Assembly: GCA_003971905.1 (NCBI GenBank) | Contig: RSEE01000053.1 | Location: 248,001 to 312,000 of the forward strand | Direction of reading: 5' to 3' | DNA: 64,000 nucleotides | Source of the DNA: Moniliella sp. 'wahieum' | Lineage: Eukaryota | Part shown: positions 13,201-25,488 of the stretch, in pieces | How positions within the stretch are numbered: position 1 is the stretch's first letter | How the letters are laid out: every line of letters begins with the position of its first letter | Translations under genes and position numbers: made by a program | The notes under the pieces: generated by a model | Told to the model about the DNA's origin: nothing | Databases searched by the model: none | Seen by the model: the letters and a program-made list of their open reading frames with translations, nothing else

Positions 13201-16179
13201 GCAATGTACTGACGGTGTCTCAACGTACAGGAAGTTGAACGGTTACCAGAGTCGCGCAAACTGGAGCTCAATGGATACTTGACCAAGCCTACCACGCGTT
13301 TGGCCCGTTACCCACTTCTGCTGGAGCAGGTGATCAAATACACCAAGATGGTGAATCCGATAAGGAGACCCTTCCCGAGGTGATCAAGATGGTCAAGCAA
13401 TTCCTCTCCCAGGTGAATGAGGAGACAGGGAAAAGCGAAAACCGTTTCCAAGTAACTACCTTGGCAGACCAGCTTATCTTCAAGCCCGGCGAGGAAGTCG
13501 ACCTCCACCTCAGACACGAGGGGCGCGAGATGGTTTTTAAGGGCCCGTTAAAGCGTCGAGGTGGGAGTGGGCAGGGTGAGACTGCGGAACTTCAAGCATA
13601 CCTGTTTGATCATGCATTTGTACTGGTCAAGCCAAAGATTGTGCACAAGGTCGAGATCCTCCGTGTGAACCGCAAGCCAATTCCTCTGGAACTACTGATG
13701 TGCACAGTTTACGAGGACATACCGGCTCCCACTGGCAGCAAGCCTTCTGGCAAGCTCAAATCACTCACCACCCGCATGAGCACAGGCAACCGTCTCACCT
13801 CGGTTCTTGCTCCTGGAACTGGTCCCAAACAAGATGTTAAGACGGGCTATGCACTGCGGCTCACCTTCCTCGGGCGCAATGGCTATTCCATGACCCTTTG
13901 GGCATCGACCTTTGTTGGACGTCAAAAGTGGTTCGAGCACATCGACGAGGCCCAGGCTCAGCTTCGCAATCGGAGCAACATTTTTGAGACTATGCCTATT
14001 GGCCCGCTCGCTGACTTTACTCCCCCCGTGAGCCAGAGCGGCCGGACCGTCACCAGAAGGGCCATGCCTTGCCAGCAGAGGAGCAAGACATTCGCCCCAC
14101 CTGTTGCGTCCCCTTCGACTTTGGACGAAGAGTTATCTATGGAACGAACAGGGGTGTCTTTCTCTCTGAACTTCGCAAGGGTGCTCGCCCTCCTACCAAG
14201 GTACTTCCTCTGCCGGACGTGGCGCAAATCGAAGTATTGGAGGAATATCAAGTCCTCCTCGTTCTTTCCGACAAGACGCTCTGGACATTCACTCTGGACG
14301 CTCTCAATCCGACTAACTGTGATGCCTCTCTTCGTGCGGGTCGACGCATCCAAGGAACGGTTCATTTCTTCTGCGTCGGCAGCGTCAACAATAAGCCGTT
14401 GGTGTGTGCGGTCAAGTCCAGCACTGTCTCATCGACCATCCGTCTTTTCGAGCCTCTTGACGCCAAGCAGCGAGCCCAGGGCAAACGTCCCGGGTTGCAA
14501 TGGAGCTCGAACCACTCCAAGGGTCAAGACGCGCTGCGCATCTACAAGGACTTTTACGTTTCGACCGAGTCCTCAGGCGCCGTCTTCCTCAAGAACAGAC
14601 TCTGTCTCAGCTGTGCCAAGGGGTTCGAGATTGTGGACATTGACACACTCGATACCCAGGGGATATTGGACGTGACCGACCCCAAGCTCGATTTTTTGAC
14701 CAGCAACAAAGAAGTTACCGCCCGCCCTCTGGCGATCTACCTCATTCACGGCGAGTTTTGCTCTGTTACGACGAGTTTGCTTTCTATGTCAATCGGTTTG
14801 GTCGTCGCTCCCGCCCGGATTGGCTCATCTCGTGGGAGGGGCACCCGACCTCGTTTGCCTTGTCGTACCCATACCTCTTGGCATTTGATTCGAGCTTTGT
14901 CGAGATCCGCCACGTCTCGACCGGCGCGCTGCACCAGATCCTGACAGGCTCACGGTTGGGGTGCCTCTTTGCCGATCCTTCGCCTCACGTGCCGTCGAAA
15001 AAAGAGCTGCAACAACAGCTCCTGCAGCAACGAGAGAGCAAAGAACGTCTCGAGCTGGGGTTGCCCCTGGTGGGCAGGGCACCCCATGGGAAGTACCAAT
15101 CGTCCTCCTGGCCCAGGACGCCCCCCTTTGCCTCCCTCTTCGTCGGCCCCGGTGCTGTTAAATCCCAGTTCATCCCCCGCCCTGGGGCCCTACCGGGCAG
15201 CTCCCGGCCGCCCTGGCTTCCCCGCTGGTGGGCCTGGTATGCCGGCTGTACCGCAGCGCTACCCCAGTGCTCCGATGCCTCCCCCGCAGCATCCAACCAG
15301 ATTAGCATGATGCCGTTCGCGTTTAGCCAGGCCCATGTTCCCACGAGCAAGCCGACGAGTGCTGCGCACAGTCCCATGTGGGAAAGCGCCTTCACCTCGC
15401 GCCACAACATTGTGCTCCAAGGGGACAACTCGATTACATTTTGCGTCCTGGCCCTGCAGCAAGTGGAGCTGGGGTACCGTTGCAGTTGGCCCAACATTCG
15501 GGTCCGGTAGCCAAGCCGGGTCCTGTCATCGTACCCCGTCCCCCGCCCAGTCCGGCTCCGTCGATACGCTCGCTGGCTGCGCCTTCTAGCCCCCAAGTGG
15601 CTCCGATGGTGGTCCCTCCGCTTCGCTCGCCCAGTCTGCACAGTGTCAAGGTCAGCCCAGCCATGGGTCCGGTTCGCGTGGGACCCATACCGGGTCCCTC
15701 GGCCGTTTCGCACTTTAGTCCGGGCATGGCCGCTCAACATGTCACCGGACGTCCGCCTGTGCCAGTCATGCCCGGTGCTCCACCTCCGCCCCCATCATCC
15801 CAGGCGCGCCGCCGCCTCCGCCTCCCATGCCTGGGGCGCCGACGAACATGAAGATGCCGATGAACATGCCCATGAACATGAACATGAACGTGAACATGAA
15901 CATGCACATGAACGTGGGCCAAATCGCTCCTGCCGCTCCCTTTGCCCCGCACGGGTTTTCAGCGAGCGGGCCTGCGCCGCTTGGCTCGATGCGGCGAACT
16001 CACTCTCCTTTGCCGATGATGGGCTCGATCCGTCGCCAACAGCCAGGCGAGGGTCCTCCCGGCCGAATGGGTGCGTACCCTTCGTCCCAGCCGCCCGCGC
16101 CCCCGCGCCACACGGTGCTTCGCAACTGGCGCAGCCCATGCCTCAAAGGCCAGGCTATGCCAATGGGTACCAGCCCTAG
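10278..16179 (+). CDS. ROM2: Rom2-like Rho1 guanine nucleotide exchange factor (DEP - RhoGEF/DH - PH - CNH) with Pro-rich termini
   Basis: DEP: RERTKDGLSYKDAFDGSEAVD..FFHHVTYDRRLRDS..ELYQF. DH: ERKRQELINEVVNTEADFVHDLEYLRD..YGAHQLYGKYEFEKEK. PH: LQAYLFDHAFVLVKPK..RKPIPLELL. CNH: PFDFGRRVIYGT..LCYDEFAFYVNRFG..ISWEGHPTSFALSYPYLLAFD. Intron about 13169-13230. The C-terminal end is approximate because of indels. Confidence 0.92.
15843..15913 (+). repeat. (ATGAAC)n-like coding microsatellite encoding a Met/Asn tract in the Rom2 C-terminal tail
   Basis: gaacatgaagatgccgatgaacatgcccatgaacatgaacatgaacgtgaacatgaacatgcacatgaac translates as NMKMPMNMPMNMNMNVNMNMHMN. Confidence 0.8.
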
Positions 16180-17132
16180 CACTAGCTTGTGCCCTCTGGG
16201 CAATCAAGGAAGTTGATACCACCTCTCTTTTGCACTCTCCACCCTCTCCTTCGACACGGTCCGATTCCTATCTATGGCCTTTTTTGTCCGTTGCCTTGTC
16301 CTAGCTGATTTGCCGCGTTTCTCATCTGTAGTTCGTCCCGCCTCGGGTGAGATGCGTAGTAACCTAGTCCGGTGAGTAGGGAGAGCCGACCGAGATGGAG
16401 GGAATGTTAGGGGCTCAGCTTGGCGTGCTCAGGCTGCATATATTGCATGCATCGTGCAGACGGGCAGTACCGTATTAGTATTCTGTAAGTAATGCCTCTC
16501 AGTGGTCATTATGGCCGCGATTTCGTAGGGAGAGTGATGGTAGCGTGGTTCGTTGTAAGTAGCTGATGCGTCCATGCGCTCATCATGCTGATTGAGAGAT
16601 GATCGATTGATGATCGACGTCAGTGCATCCGGCACGGCTCAAACGCAGTAGCTACCGAGGAACGAGCAAAGCTAATAACACGAGGAACGAAGCAAAATGG
16701 ACTTTTTCCAGGCGACGCGAACCACAGCATGCGACCGGCCTTACTGCGACGAACGTTAGTCGGACGATCCCAGGCCGCCGACGTCCTGTATGCCCTTCCA
16801 TGTCTGTTTTCCTAACCCTCCGCTCGATACCTTTTCTCCCTTGGCAGTGAACAGAGACCACTCGACCTATACACAACCTGTACTGCCTTGCCACCCCTGT
16901 GCTCTGCTTAAAGGACCCACTGCTGATCCGACTGTCACTCCGGCTGCCACGCCCACTCCTCCGTACCAGCCCCACCCAACTTGTTTGTTCGTGCTGCTCA
17001 ACACACGCAATAATGTCCCTTGTTGGAACTACGACGGCCTTGATTGACCAGGGGAAAGTATCCAAATCCCCAGCTTGCCGATCCATGCAACCTGGATCTT
17101 TTGGTGATTACAGATGCGCTTCGCAACCGAGG

Positions 17133-18305
17133 CGCAAGCGCATGGAAGTGTAGATCCGTGACCTCCAATACCGCATTGTCCACAGATCGGGCAAAGCAGC
17201 AAGAAAGGAACGCTTTTCGATTGACGCTTGCAAACGTCCGGAAGGCCTAGAGAAGGCATTTTGTCGGTTATTCAAGGTGGTGATATACATTTGACAAGGG
17301 CGGCGTCACCATCTTCATTGTCCATGGCCACCTGCCCCCAGATGCCATTCGTCAGATGAGTGTGGACCACAGCAACGTGATTGACAACTGGCAGGGTATA
17401 TCTCCTTGATGACCTCGAAGCCGAGGTAACGGGGCTGCCCTTCTTTGCCGCTCAGCTGAGCTTGTGGTGATCCACCCCAAGAACCCATTTTGCCCCACCA
17501 CGCACCTCAACTATCGCTACTTTGAGCTGACTAGTATCCCACGATTGAGGACGGTACCCCCAACCCACGCTATCTCCAGGCGGCGAAGAAGGACACGCGG
17601 ATGGGACGAGCAAGGCCGTGGCGTAGTCGTTTGGCGGGGATGCGGACTTGACACTCATGTACCTCAGCGAGGACTACGATGCCGAGCACTTCCATGCCAC
17701 TCATAAGGCGGTTGCCGACAAGTGTGACCGGCTTTCGACCCGGTTTGGAAGTGCTGGTGCGATAAGTAGTACTCTTGCATTTCCCACCGCAAACGAGAAC
17801 CCAGGTATGGACGGTGTCTTCCTTGATGATCTCTTTCTCTCCACCGGGGGGCATCTTCATGGACCTCTTTGACGGGAACAAGGTCACACTCTTGGCTCGT
17901 TCGCCCGAGAAGCACAAACTTGTGAGTTTGTTTGCGAGACGGTGCGCAGTTGGGGACGCATTTGTGCTATAGCATATGAGCCCCGATTGTTGAGAAACAC
18001 AAAAGACGCCGTACACGCTGCGGGACTTGGGCCTGGCAAGAGATTCGGTTGGGACGGTATGTGGGGTTCAACTTGATTTACCACCGGGGGATCAAGCTTG
18101 GCTGCCAACGCCCGGGGCACGGGTGGAGACCATCCTGATGCGGAGTCTGCCGCGGCACGCCCGGGTGGGAGTATACATTGGAGCCGTAGTATTCGGGCGC
18201 AAACACGGGCTTTTGGCGCGGACCGGCCGGGTGAGGGAGGGAGGAGCACAAGATGAGAGGTGTAAGTGCTAAGCGCGCCAGCGGATATGGGTTCCAGACG
18301 CATAG
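17133..18305 (+). pseudogene. HEM13: Coproporphyrinogen III oxidase (aerobic) pseudogene
   Basis: Colinear remnants: RKRMEV*IRDLQYRIV; FDKGGVTIFIVHGHLPPDAIRQMSVDH; LVIHPKNPFCPTTHLNYRYFEL; VA*SFGGDADLTLMYL..AEHFH; WCDK*Y; GMDGVFLDDL; WQEIRLGRYVGFNLIYHRGIKLG; LPTPGARVETILMRSLPRHAR. In-frame TAG at 17151, 17624 and 17767, plus substitutions in normally invariant motifs. Confidence 0.88.
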
Positions 18306-19367
18306 CGATTGTTCACTCGAACACGCCCATCACGACCACACATGACTTGTAAGCCTTTGGAAAAGCCGGCGTCCGTCCCAGAGCTGTGCCACAGAGGAGC
18401 TGCCAGATCACGCCGGAATCAATTAGCGTGTACCCTTTATACGTTACGTTTCACGTTCAGTTAACAAGAACTGGCCGTAGTATTTTGCGGGGCAGGTAGG
18501 GAGGAAGGTCTGCTTCGATCGCAAACGGATTGAAGTGCGTGGCTTTGCGAGATTGCCCGATGCAAGAATGGAGAGAATGGTGATAGGATGCGAGACCTGG
18601 TGGATTGAACGTGTTGAACGATGAACGTTGAACATTGAATGTTCAGCTGAACGTTTCACTTGCCCCCCGTCGATGGAGCGGGACATGGGACAGACGGACA
18701 GAGCACGAACTAGGAACCAGCGACGGAACTACGTAGCACTGGGTATGTAGCCCCAAGCGTACGCAGACAGGGCAGCACAGTGGCCTCGTGCCCCTGGCGC
18801 GTAGCACCCACCGCAGCACCCGGCAGCACGCAGCACACACGTCTGCACCGGCCATGTCACCAGCATCTCGTGTGTCACATATCACGCGTCGCGAATGATT
18901 AATGACTCGGTAAGCGCCACTGGGCACCTGCCCCGTCGCTGCCGCGTGGGGCCTGGGAGGACAATCGCAGCGTCGCGTCTGGGAGCGCTCCTGCGTCGGA
19001 TCTCCAGCCGCCCCGCGGGCCCCCCTGCCTTGGGGGCAGTGTGCAGCCCCGGCGCGAAACTGTGCGCCACATCGCAGCCCCCGCACAGGGCCAGTGTGGG
19101 CTGCGTGCATCCTGCGGGCGGGGGCAGCGACTGGGCGCACGAGTCGTGTCCTGCGGTTAGGCTTTGCTAGCTGGCGCCCCCAGCCCAGCCAGCCCCCACA
19201 GCCCCCACCCAGCCCTGTCGGCAGGCCACGCTCGCCTTCTCGCGTCGCAGCGCATTCAGCAGTCCGCTCAGCGCCTCAGCCCCCCCACCGGCACCCACTC
19301 TCACCCCCACCCCCACCACCCCCACCTCCCTCCTGCCTCGCCGCTTGGCTCCGCGCCCCTGCCTGGC

Positions 19368-22300
19368 ATGTCGGGCATCCCGCCCCCGACATCCGTCTCC
19401 CCCCCCCCTGCTCCTCTGTCCGAGCACCAGCCCCACACCCCTGCCCTCAGCGCCGGCAGCACCGCCTCCTTCGCCTCTGCCAGTGAAGACCCCGTCCCCA
19501 GCGCCACCGCCACCGCCAGTGCCACCGCCCATGCGAATGCTGTCCACGTTGTTGTCCGCATCCGGCCCCTGACCCCCAACGATCGTGCCGCCATTCCCCC
19601 GCGCTGGCAGCGGATTGCCATTCTCTCCGACGGCGCTGCCCGCGTTCGAGTCGATCCATCTGTACCCCCTGGCGCGTCCGGCCCGGCACCGACCCCCGCT
19701 GCAGCCAACAACAGCTATGATTACGACCGTGTCTTTGCCTCTACGGACGACCAGGCTGCAGTGTACGCCGACTCGGTTCAGCCACTGATCCCGAAATTCT
19801 TTGAGGGGTACAATGCCACCGTCCTTGCCTATGGCCAGACGAGCAGCGGAAAGTCGTACACCATGGGCACCGCCGTGGGTCCCACCTCCACCTTTTCCCC
19901 TGATGATTCGAGCGCCTACAACACCGCCGCCGGCATAATCCCACGTGCGGTTGCTGACATCTTCCATCGCATTACCCGTGACACAAACCCCAGTTCGAAC
20001 TTCGTCCTGTCTGTCAGCTTTATCGAACTGTACAACGAAGATCTGATCGATTTACTTGCCGACCCTGACCGCCCCGCTGATCTTCGCCCCCTCGTCCAGA
20101 TTCGTCAGGACAAAGGCCAAATCGTTTGGTCGGGCATGAACGAGATCACAGTTCAAAGCGTGGCCGACGTTATGGCTCTGCTAGCCCAGGGTAACGCCGC
20201 CCGTCGCACCAACGAGACGGATATGAACACCCAATCCTCCCGCTCCCATGCCATCTTCAGCTTGACGCTGAAGCACCAACACCCTCCCTCTGAGCCTGTA
20301 CCAACCGCCCACTCTTCCACCTTGGGCAACTCATCCCAGTCCCCTGGATCTCCCTGGATTGAATCAGCCGACGCTCCTTCCCTTGGGGGTCGTATCACCC
20401 CTGTTTCATCAAGTCGTACCTCACCCGGAAGGCGGACGCCCATGTCAGCCATCCCGCGGCCGCAATCCATGGTTCGGCCTACAGCTGGGGCGGGTTCGCC
20501 TCCATTGACCTCGCCAAAATGGGGGCAGGAAACCTGCTGTCCATGGCTTCTCGCCCGGCCCCATCCCAGACGTCGGGAAGCCATCGGGGTCAATCCATCT
20601 CAAAAAGTGCAGAGATCTACTCTGACGATGAAATGTCACCACCATCAGCAAGTTCCACTTTGTCGATCTGGCGGGATCTGAACGGGTTAGTCCCTCCTTC
20701 TTGTGCTGGTGGAAACCAATTATCTGACCTAATCTCCCATCCAGCTCAAACGTACCTTATCCAAGGGGGAGCGCATCAAGGGCATCAGCATCAACTCGGG
20801 CCTCCATGCGTTGGGGAACGTGATCTCGGCCTTGGGAGACGTTTCCAAGGGCAAAAAGGCCGTGCATGTCCCTATCGCGATTCCAAATTGACTCGCCTAC
20901 TTCAGGACTCGCTGGGGGGAAACGCCTATACGCTGATGATTGCTTGCGTCAGTCCGACCGAGTTTAACGTGAGCGAAACGATCAACACATTGCAGTATGC
21001 CTCCCGAGCTCGAGCAATCAAAAACAAAGCAGAGCTAAACGAGCATGAGCCTGGGTGGGACGACGTAAGCCACCTGCAGGCGCTGGTGACCAAGCTCCGC
21101 CAAAACTTACGCAAGGCTCGATCGCTGTCCCCAGCTGCATCGGCCATTGACTCAAGAGGCAGTGCTGTTGTTGGATCGGATGGTTGGGAGGCGCAGGAAA
21201 CCATTCGCAAGCAACAAGACCGTCTTGCTCAAATGGCCGAGGAAATGACGCAGCTCAAGTTGGAAAACGCACGTTGGAGCCAACATGCCCAATCCCCGTC
21301 CGCCAACTTGTAAACGGCGCTGTCGCCTCTTCTCCGTCTGAGCGGGATGAGAGCAAGGACATGTTCCCTAAGTCCGCTGAGCCTGTTATCCTCGAGTATG
21401 AAAAGTCGATGGATGTCCTCACTGGTCAGATCAACCTGCTCAAGGCTGCCTTGGGTGATTCGGAAGACCTCGTGGTCATGCTTGAAGCCAAAGTGAGCGA
21501 ACTGGAGGGCCGGCTTCTTGACCAAGAACAAGCTGCTGAACGGACCAGCGAAGAGTTGGCTGAGCTTCAGGGTGGCATGAGCCATCTCTCCAACCGCGAG
21601 GCGGACGAGTCTGACTATGTGGGGGAACTGGAGGAGCGTCTGAACAAGTCGGAGCAGGCGCACGACCAAGTTGTGGAATCGTTGACTCTGATGCAAAAAG
21701 ATTTGCTTCACCATCAGCAAGCTGAGGAACGGAGCGAGTCGTATATTCAAGAGCTGGAAGAACGTTTGGCTCAATCGGACGCCGACTTGGCATCGACCAA
21801 GGCCGCCTTGGAACAGCCAGAAGCTCATCAATCTCGCGATGTCAGCGTTGGGTTTTCCTTGGACGCATTCGACTCGGCCAAACAGGACCACCAACTCTTG
21901 TTGAAAGAGCTCGATGCCCGCCAAGAGCGAATTGAAGCTCTCGAGCAACAGATCCAAGACCAAGCCGTAGCCTCCACCAATCGCTCGCAGTCGCCTCAGG
22001 CCCTTAACTCGTCAGATGACGTCGTGCTGGAGCTTCAAGAGGGCCACGCGAACGTGGCAAAAGAGCTGGCCGAGCTCAAATCCAAATACGCCGCTGCTAT
22101 GGCTGAGCTTGGCACGGTGCAGCTGGCCCACCAAGAGGCGCTTCAACGAGCCGAGCTTCTCACTACCCAATTGACCGATCCCTCGCGGCAACGTGGACCA
22201 CGGACGCGCAACAGCTCGGGTATGGACGATCCACTGGAAGTGCTTTCGGTTAATGGCTCTTCTGATCATGAAGATGGTCCTTCTGTGCTCATGCGACGCA

Positions 22301-24675
22301 ACTCAACAGGCACCCGACGGGAAACGTGGCATCCCGCTTTGCGTAGCCAGCACAGCGCAGATTCAGATCGCGCCCTTCGCACGTCCGTAGAGGGGATGGA
22401 CCAAACACCTGACGGACGAATGAGTAGACGGTCCAGCCTGACCATGTCCCGTCGTTCCTCCTTCGTGTCAGCGAGGGATGGATCTGTCGTGTCGGGCCCT
22501 GCCTCTCGAGCTCATCGCCGGTCCACTTCTGGCATTGGCTACCGCCCTGCCGATGCCCCTCCCGCAACCAGGGACTTGAACGATGTGGTGTCACCCAGCC
22601 GGCAAGAAAGCCCCGAGGACACATTGCCGGCAGGCAACAGTCATGCTCGCACCGCATCCGGATCGTCCCAGATGGGCCACAGACCCCTTTCTCTTGTGGA
22701 TCCTAGTGGAATGGGAAGTCCAGAGGCTGCGTCAAGGGCGGCCTTGGCCTCGGCCTCAGCGGCGGCTGAAGAGGCGCAGCGCAAAATCCGTTCGCTCGAA
22801 CGGGAACGGGATACCCTTCAGGCACTCCTGTTCCAGAGAGAGGAAGAGTTGGATGGGCTGCAACGTCAACTTGATTCGCCCGCTACACAAACTAGTGCGG
22901 CTAGTCCCTCGGGCTCCACGTCGGTTGCAGCGACCGACGACCTCTTACTGGCCGGCGCAAGTGAAAGTGGTTCTTCCCCTCAAAGTTCGGCTCATGTGCA
23001 CGAGCTTCTGGTCCAGCTGGCTGCACGGGAGAACCAGCATAAGGAGCAGGTTGCGGCCCAGGGCGTCGCGCACGCCGAAGCACTCGAGCAGCGAGACCAG
23101 ATGGCTACCACCCTCGCCCAAGCCCATCTTGCCCTGCAACAGCGCTTTGCCATCTCCCAGGTCACGGCAACCGAGGCAACTGAGCAAGCGGATGCTGCCA
23201 AAGCTCGGGTAGCTCAGCTAGAGCAAACCATTGCCACGCTTCGGGCCGAACACGAAGCTACATTGGTAGCACTTGATGCGAAACGCGCGGCTTCCGCTGA
23301 GCCGGCTACTGAGGGCAAGCCGGCGGATGCGGCAGCGATTGAGGCGGGGCAAGAGACACACGAGGCAGAGCTACGGAGCCGGGATGATGCTCACGCCAAA
23401 GTAGTTGAGGGGCTCACTGCAGCTCATGTGGCTGAGCTCGCCTCCTTGCAGGAAGCTCACCAATCTTCGTCTCGGGACGTGGAGAGGCTGCAGGCGGACA
23501 ATTCCCAAGCAACGGCTTCTACCGCTCGCGATCTCGCCCAACGAGATGCTCAGCTGCGGCGTATGGCCGAAGAGAATGCCTCGTTGCGCCAGGAATGTAC
23601 CGACGCCCGAACCGCCTCGGAACGGCTCGAGGCTCGGGTTGCCCAGCTTGCTAGCCAAGTGCAAGTGGATCCGGTCGAGATGGATATGCTCAAGGCGGAG
23701 CTGGCGGAAACGTCGGATGCGCTCGTTGTTCTCGAGGGTGCGCTGACGGAAGCGCAAGCGGAGCGCGACCAGTTCTCCCATGATTTGACCACTCTGCGCG
23801 ACAGCCTCGGAGGCAAGCCAGATCATCTTACCATCATTCGCGAACTCGACGAGCAGCGCACCCTCCTTACTCAATCGCGTTCCGACTTGGCGCGGGCCCG
23901 AGCTGAAGCTCAGGCCTCCCAAGCTGAAAACGCTCGGAATAGCGTCTTGCTCCGTGACACCCAGCAGCGCTTAGCCCAGGCAGAGCGCGGCGCTTCCGTA
24001 CGTTCCAATGGCCGGAACCAGCGTAACCCCCTGGACGAATCAACGGGACGGATTACATCGTGGGATACGAACGCTAGCCACCGCGCCAGTCCTTCCTGGA
24101 AGTGGAAAAGTGCCACCACCACCACCAACGCCCCCCCCGCCGGTCCTCCACCACCAACACCAAGTGGTGTCCCACCCGCACGCTTGGTCGCCCCACCAGC
24201 TTGGCCGAGTCAGTGTCGTCCCTTACCGAAGGGCATGGCATGGGCCCCTCCCCTGGTCCAGCCCCGTGGTGACCGTATCGGCAGAAGAGCGACAACGTAC
24301 CCTGGACGAGATCAACCGTCTGCAAGCCAAACTGACCCATACCGAGGCCGAAAGTCGTGCCTCGCCGACCTGGTTGCTACCCTGGAGGCAGCACTCAATG
24401 ACAGCGAACGCAACCTGCGCAAAGCGCGCACGCAACTGTCCGAGGTGACACGGGAGCGAGATGCCTTCTCGGCGCAATCTGGCGAACTGCAAGCCCAAGT
24501 CGAAGCGGCTGCTGCCGAGTTGGCCCAATCCCAGTCGCGCGTGCAGGAGCAACGGGAGGCTTTGGAGAGGGAGATTGAGCAAGAACGGGCGGCGCGAGAC
24601 AAAGCTCGGGAAGCGCTCTCGGCGCGGCTGGAAGAAGTTACCAAGCGCAAAAACTCGCGGCTGTTTTGTATCTGA
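19368..24675 (+). CDS. Kinesin with N-terminal motor and very long coiled-coil tail (kinesin-4-like)
   Basis: [38 protein letters not shown] (P-loop), [25 protein letters not shown] (switch I), [12 protein letters not shown] / intron 20686-20744 / [41 protein letters not shown]. Heptad-rich ORF 21184-24675 ends [10 protein letters not shown]. Confidence 0.92.
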
Positions 24676-25005
24676 TCCATTCCCAGGCGACGATGCAAGT
24701 TGCAGAGGCTGCGACAGCATCGCCTCCTCCCCCCACGACTCCTTCGCTGTTTACCTTCTCTTCACGATACCCACCCCCCGCCCCTCGCTCGTTCTGTATC
24801 TCTCTCACTCCATCCTGCCCCCGAACCGGGCCTATCTCCGACCCATCACTTCCATCATCCAAAGTCATTTGATACGCGTAAATCTGTCCTGCTCCCTTAT
24901 CCCGTATCCGCCTCGTTTTGCCGGCACCTCACCTGTAACGTACCAAAACTCAATGTAGAGCAGATACACTCTTCCTTAAGCACACTTTGGCAGAGTGTGT
25001 GCGAG

Positions 25006-25047
25006 CCAGGGTACCCTGAACGGGCCCCAGGGTACCCTGAACGGGCC
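25006..25047. repeat. 21-bp perfect tandem duplication containing a 12-bp palindrome
   Basis: ccagggtaccctgaacgggcc occurs twice in tandem, each copy containing CAGGGTACCCTG. Confidence 0.85.
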
Positions 25048-25488
25048 CTTGCTTGCATATGTAGAAATCAGATGTACCGCTGGTAATGAACCTAAGGCGT
25101 AATCCTGCTGGGCTTGATGCGCGAGGGGCTCGAAGAGCTGAGAGCGCTGAGGTCGACGAAGAGTTACAAGTATGGGGGTATGTAAGCGACGAAGCATTTC
25201 GATTTCGACCTGAAAACATCCGGTTTGTGCATTCAGCAGCACACAATGTCAGCAGCACGTGGCGCCGACTCTTGTTTCGATCAAACGCTCTTCCTCATTA
25301 CCCTCTCGCACAACTACATCGACGTGAATACTTGTACCTACCATCTCGTAGTGCTCGGGCCGATTGTCGTAACGCACATCATGCATCTTGGGGCGCAACA
25401 GCACGCATCAGTAGAACGGAAGCCAAATTCATCTTCATTGGTATAACAAGTGGAAAGGGCGACAGGCCAGACGAATCCCTTCAGGCCA

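Noticed and set aside
17570..18303. Minus-strand ORFs of 148 and 139 aa as a novel gene
   Set aside because: The plus strand carries clear colinear HEM13 remnants, and the minus ORFs have no recognisable features.
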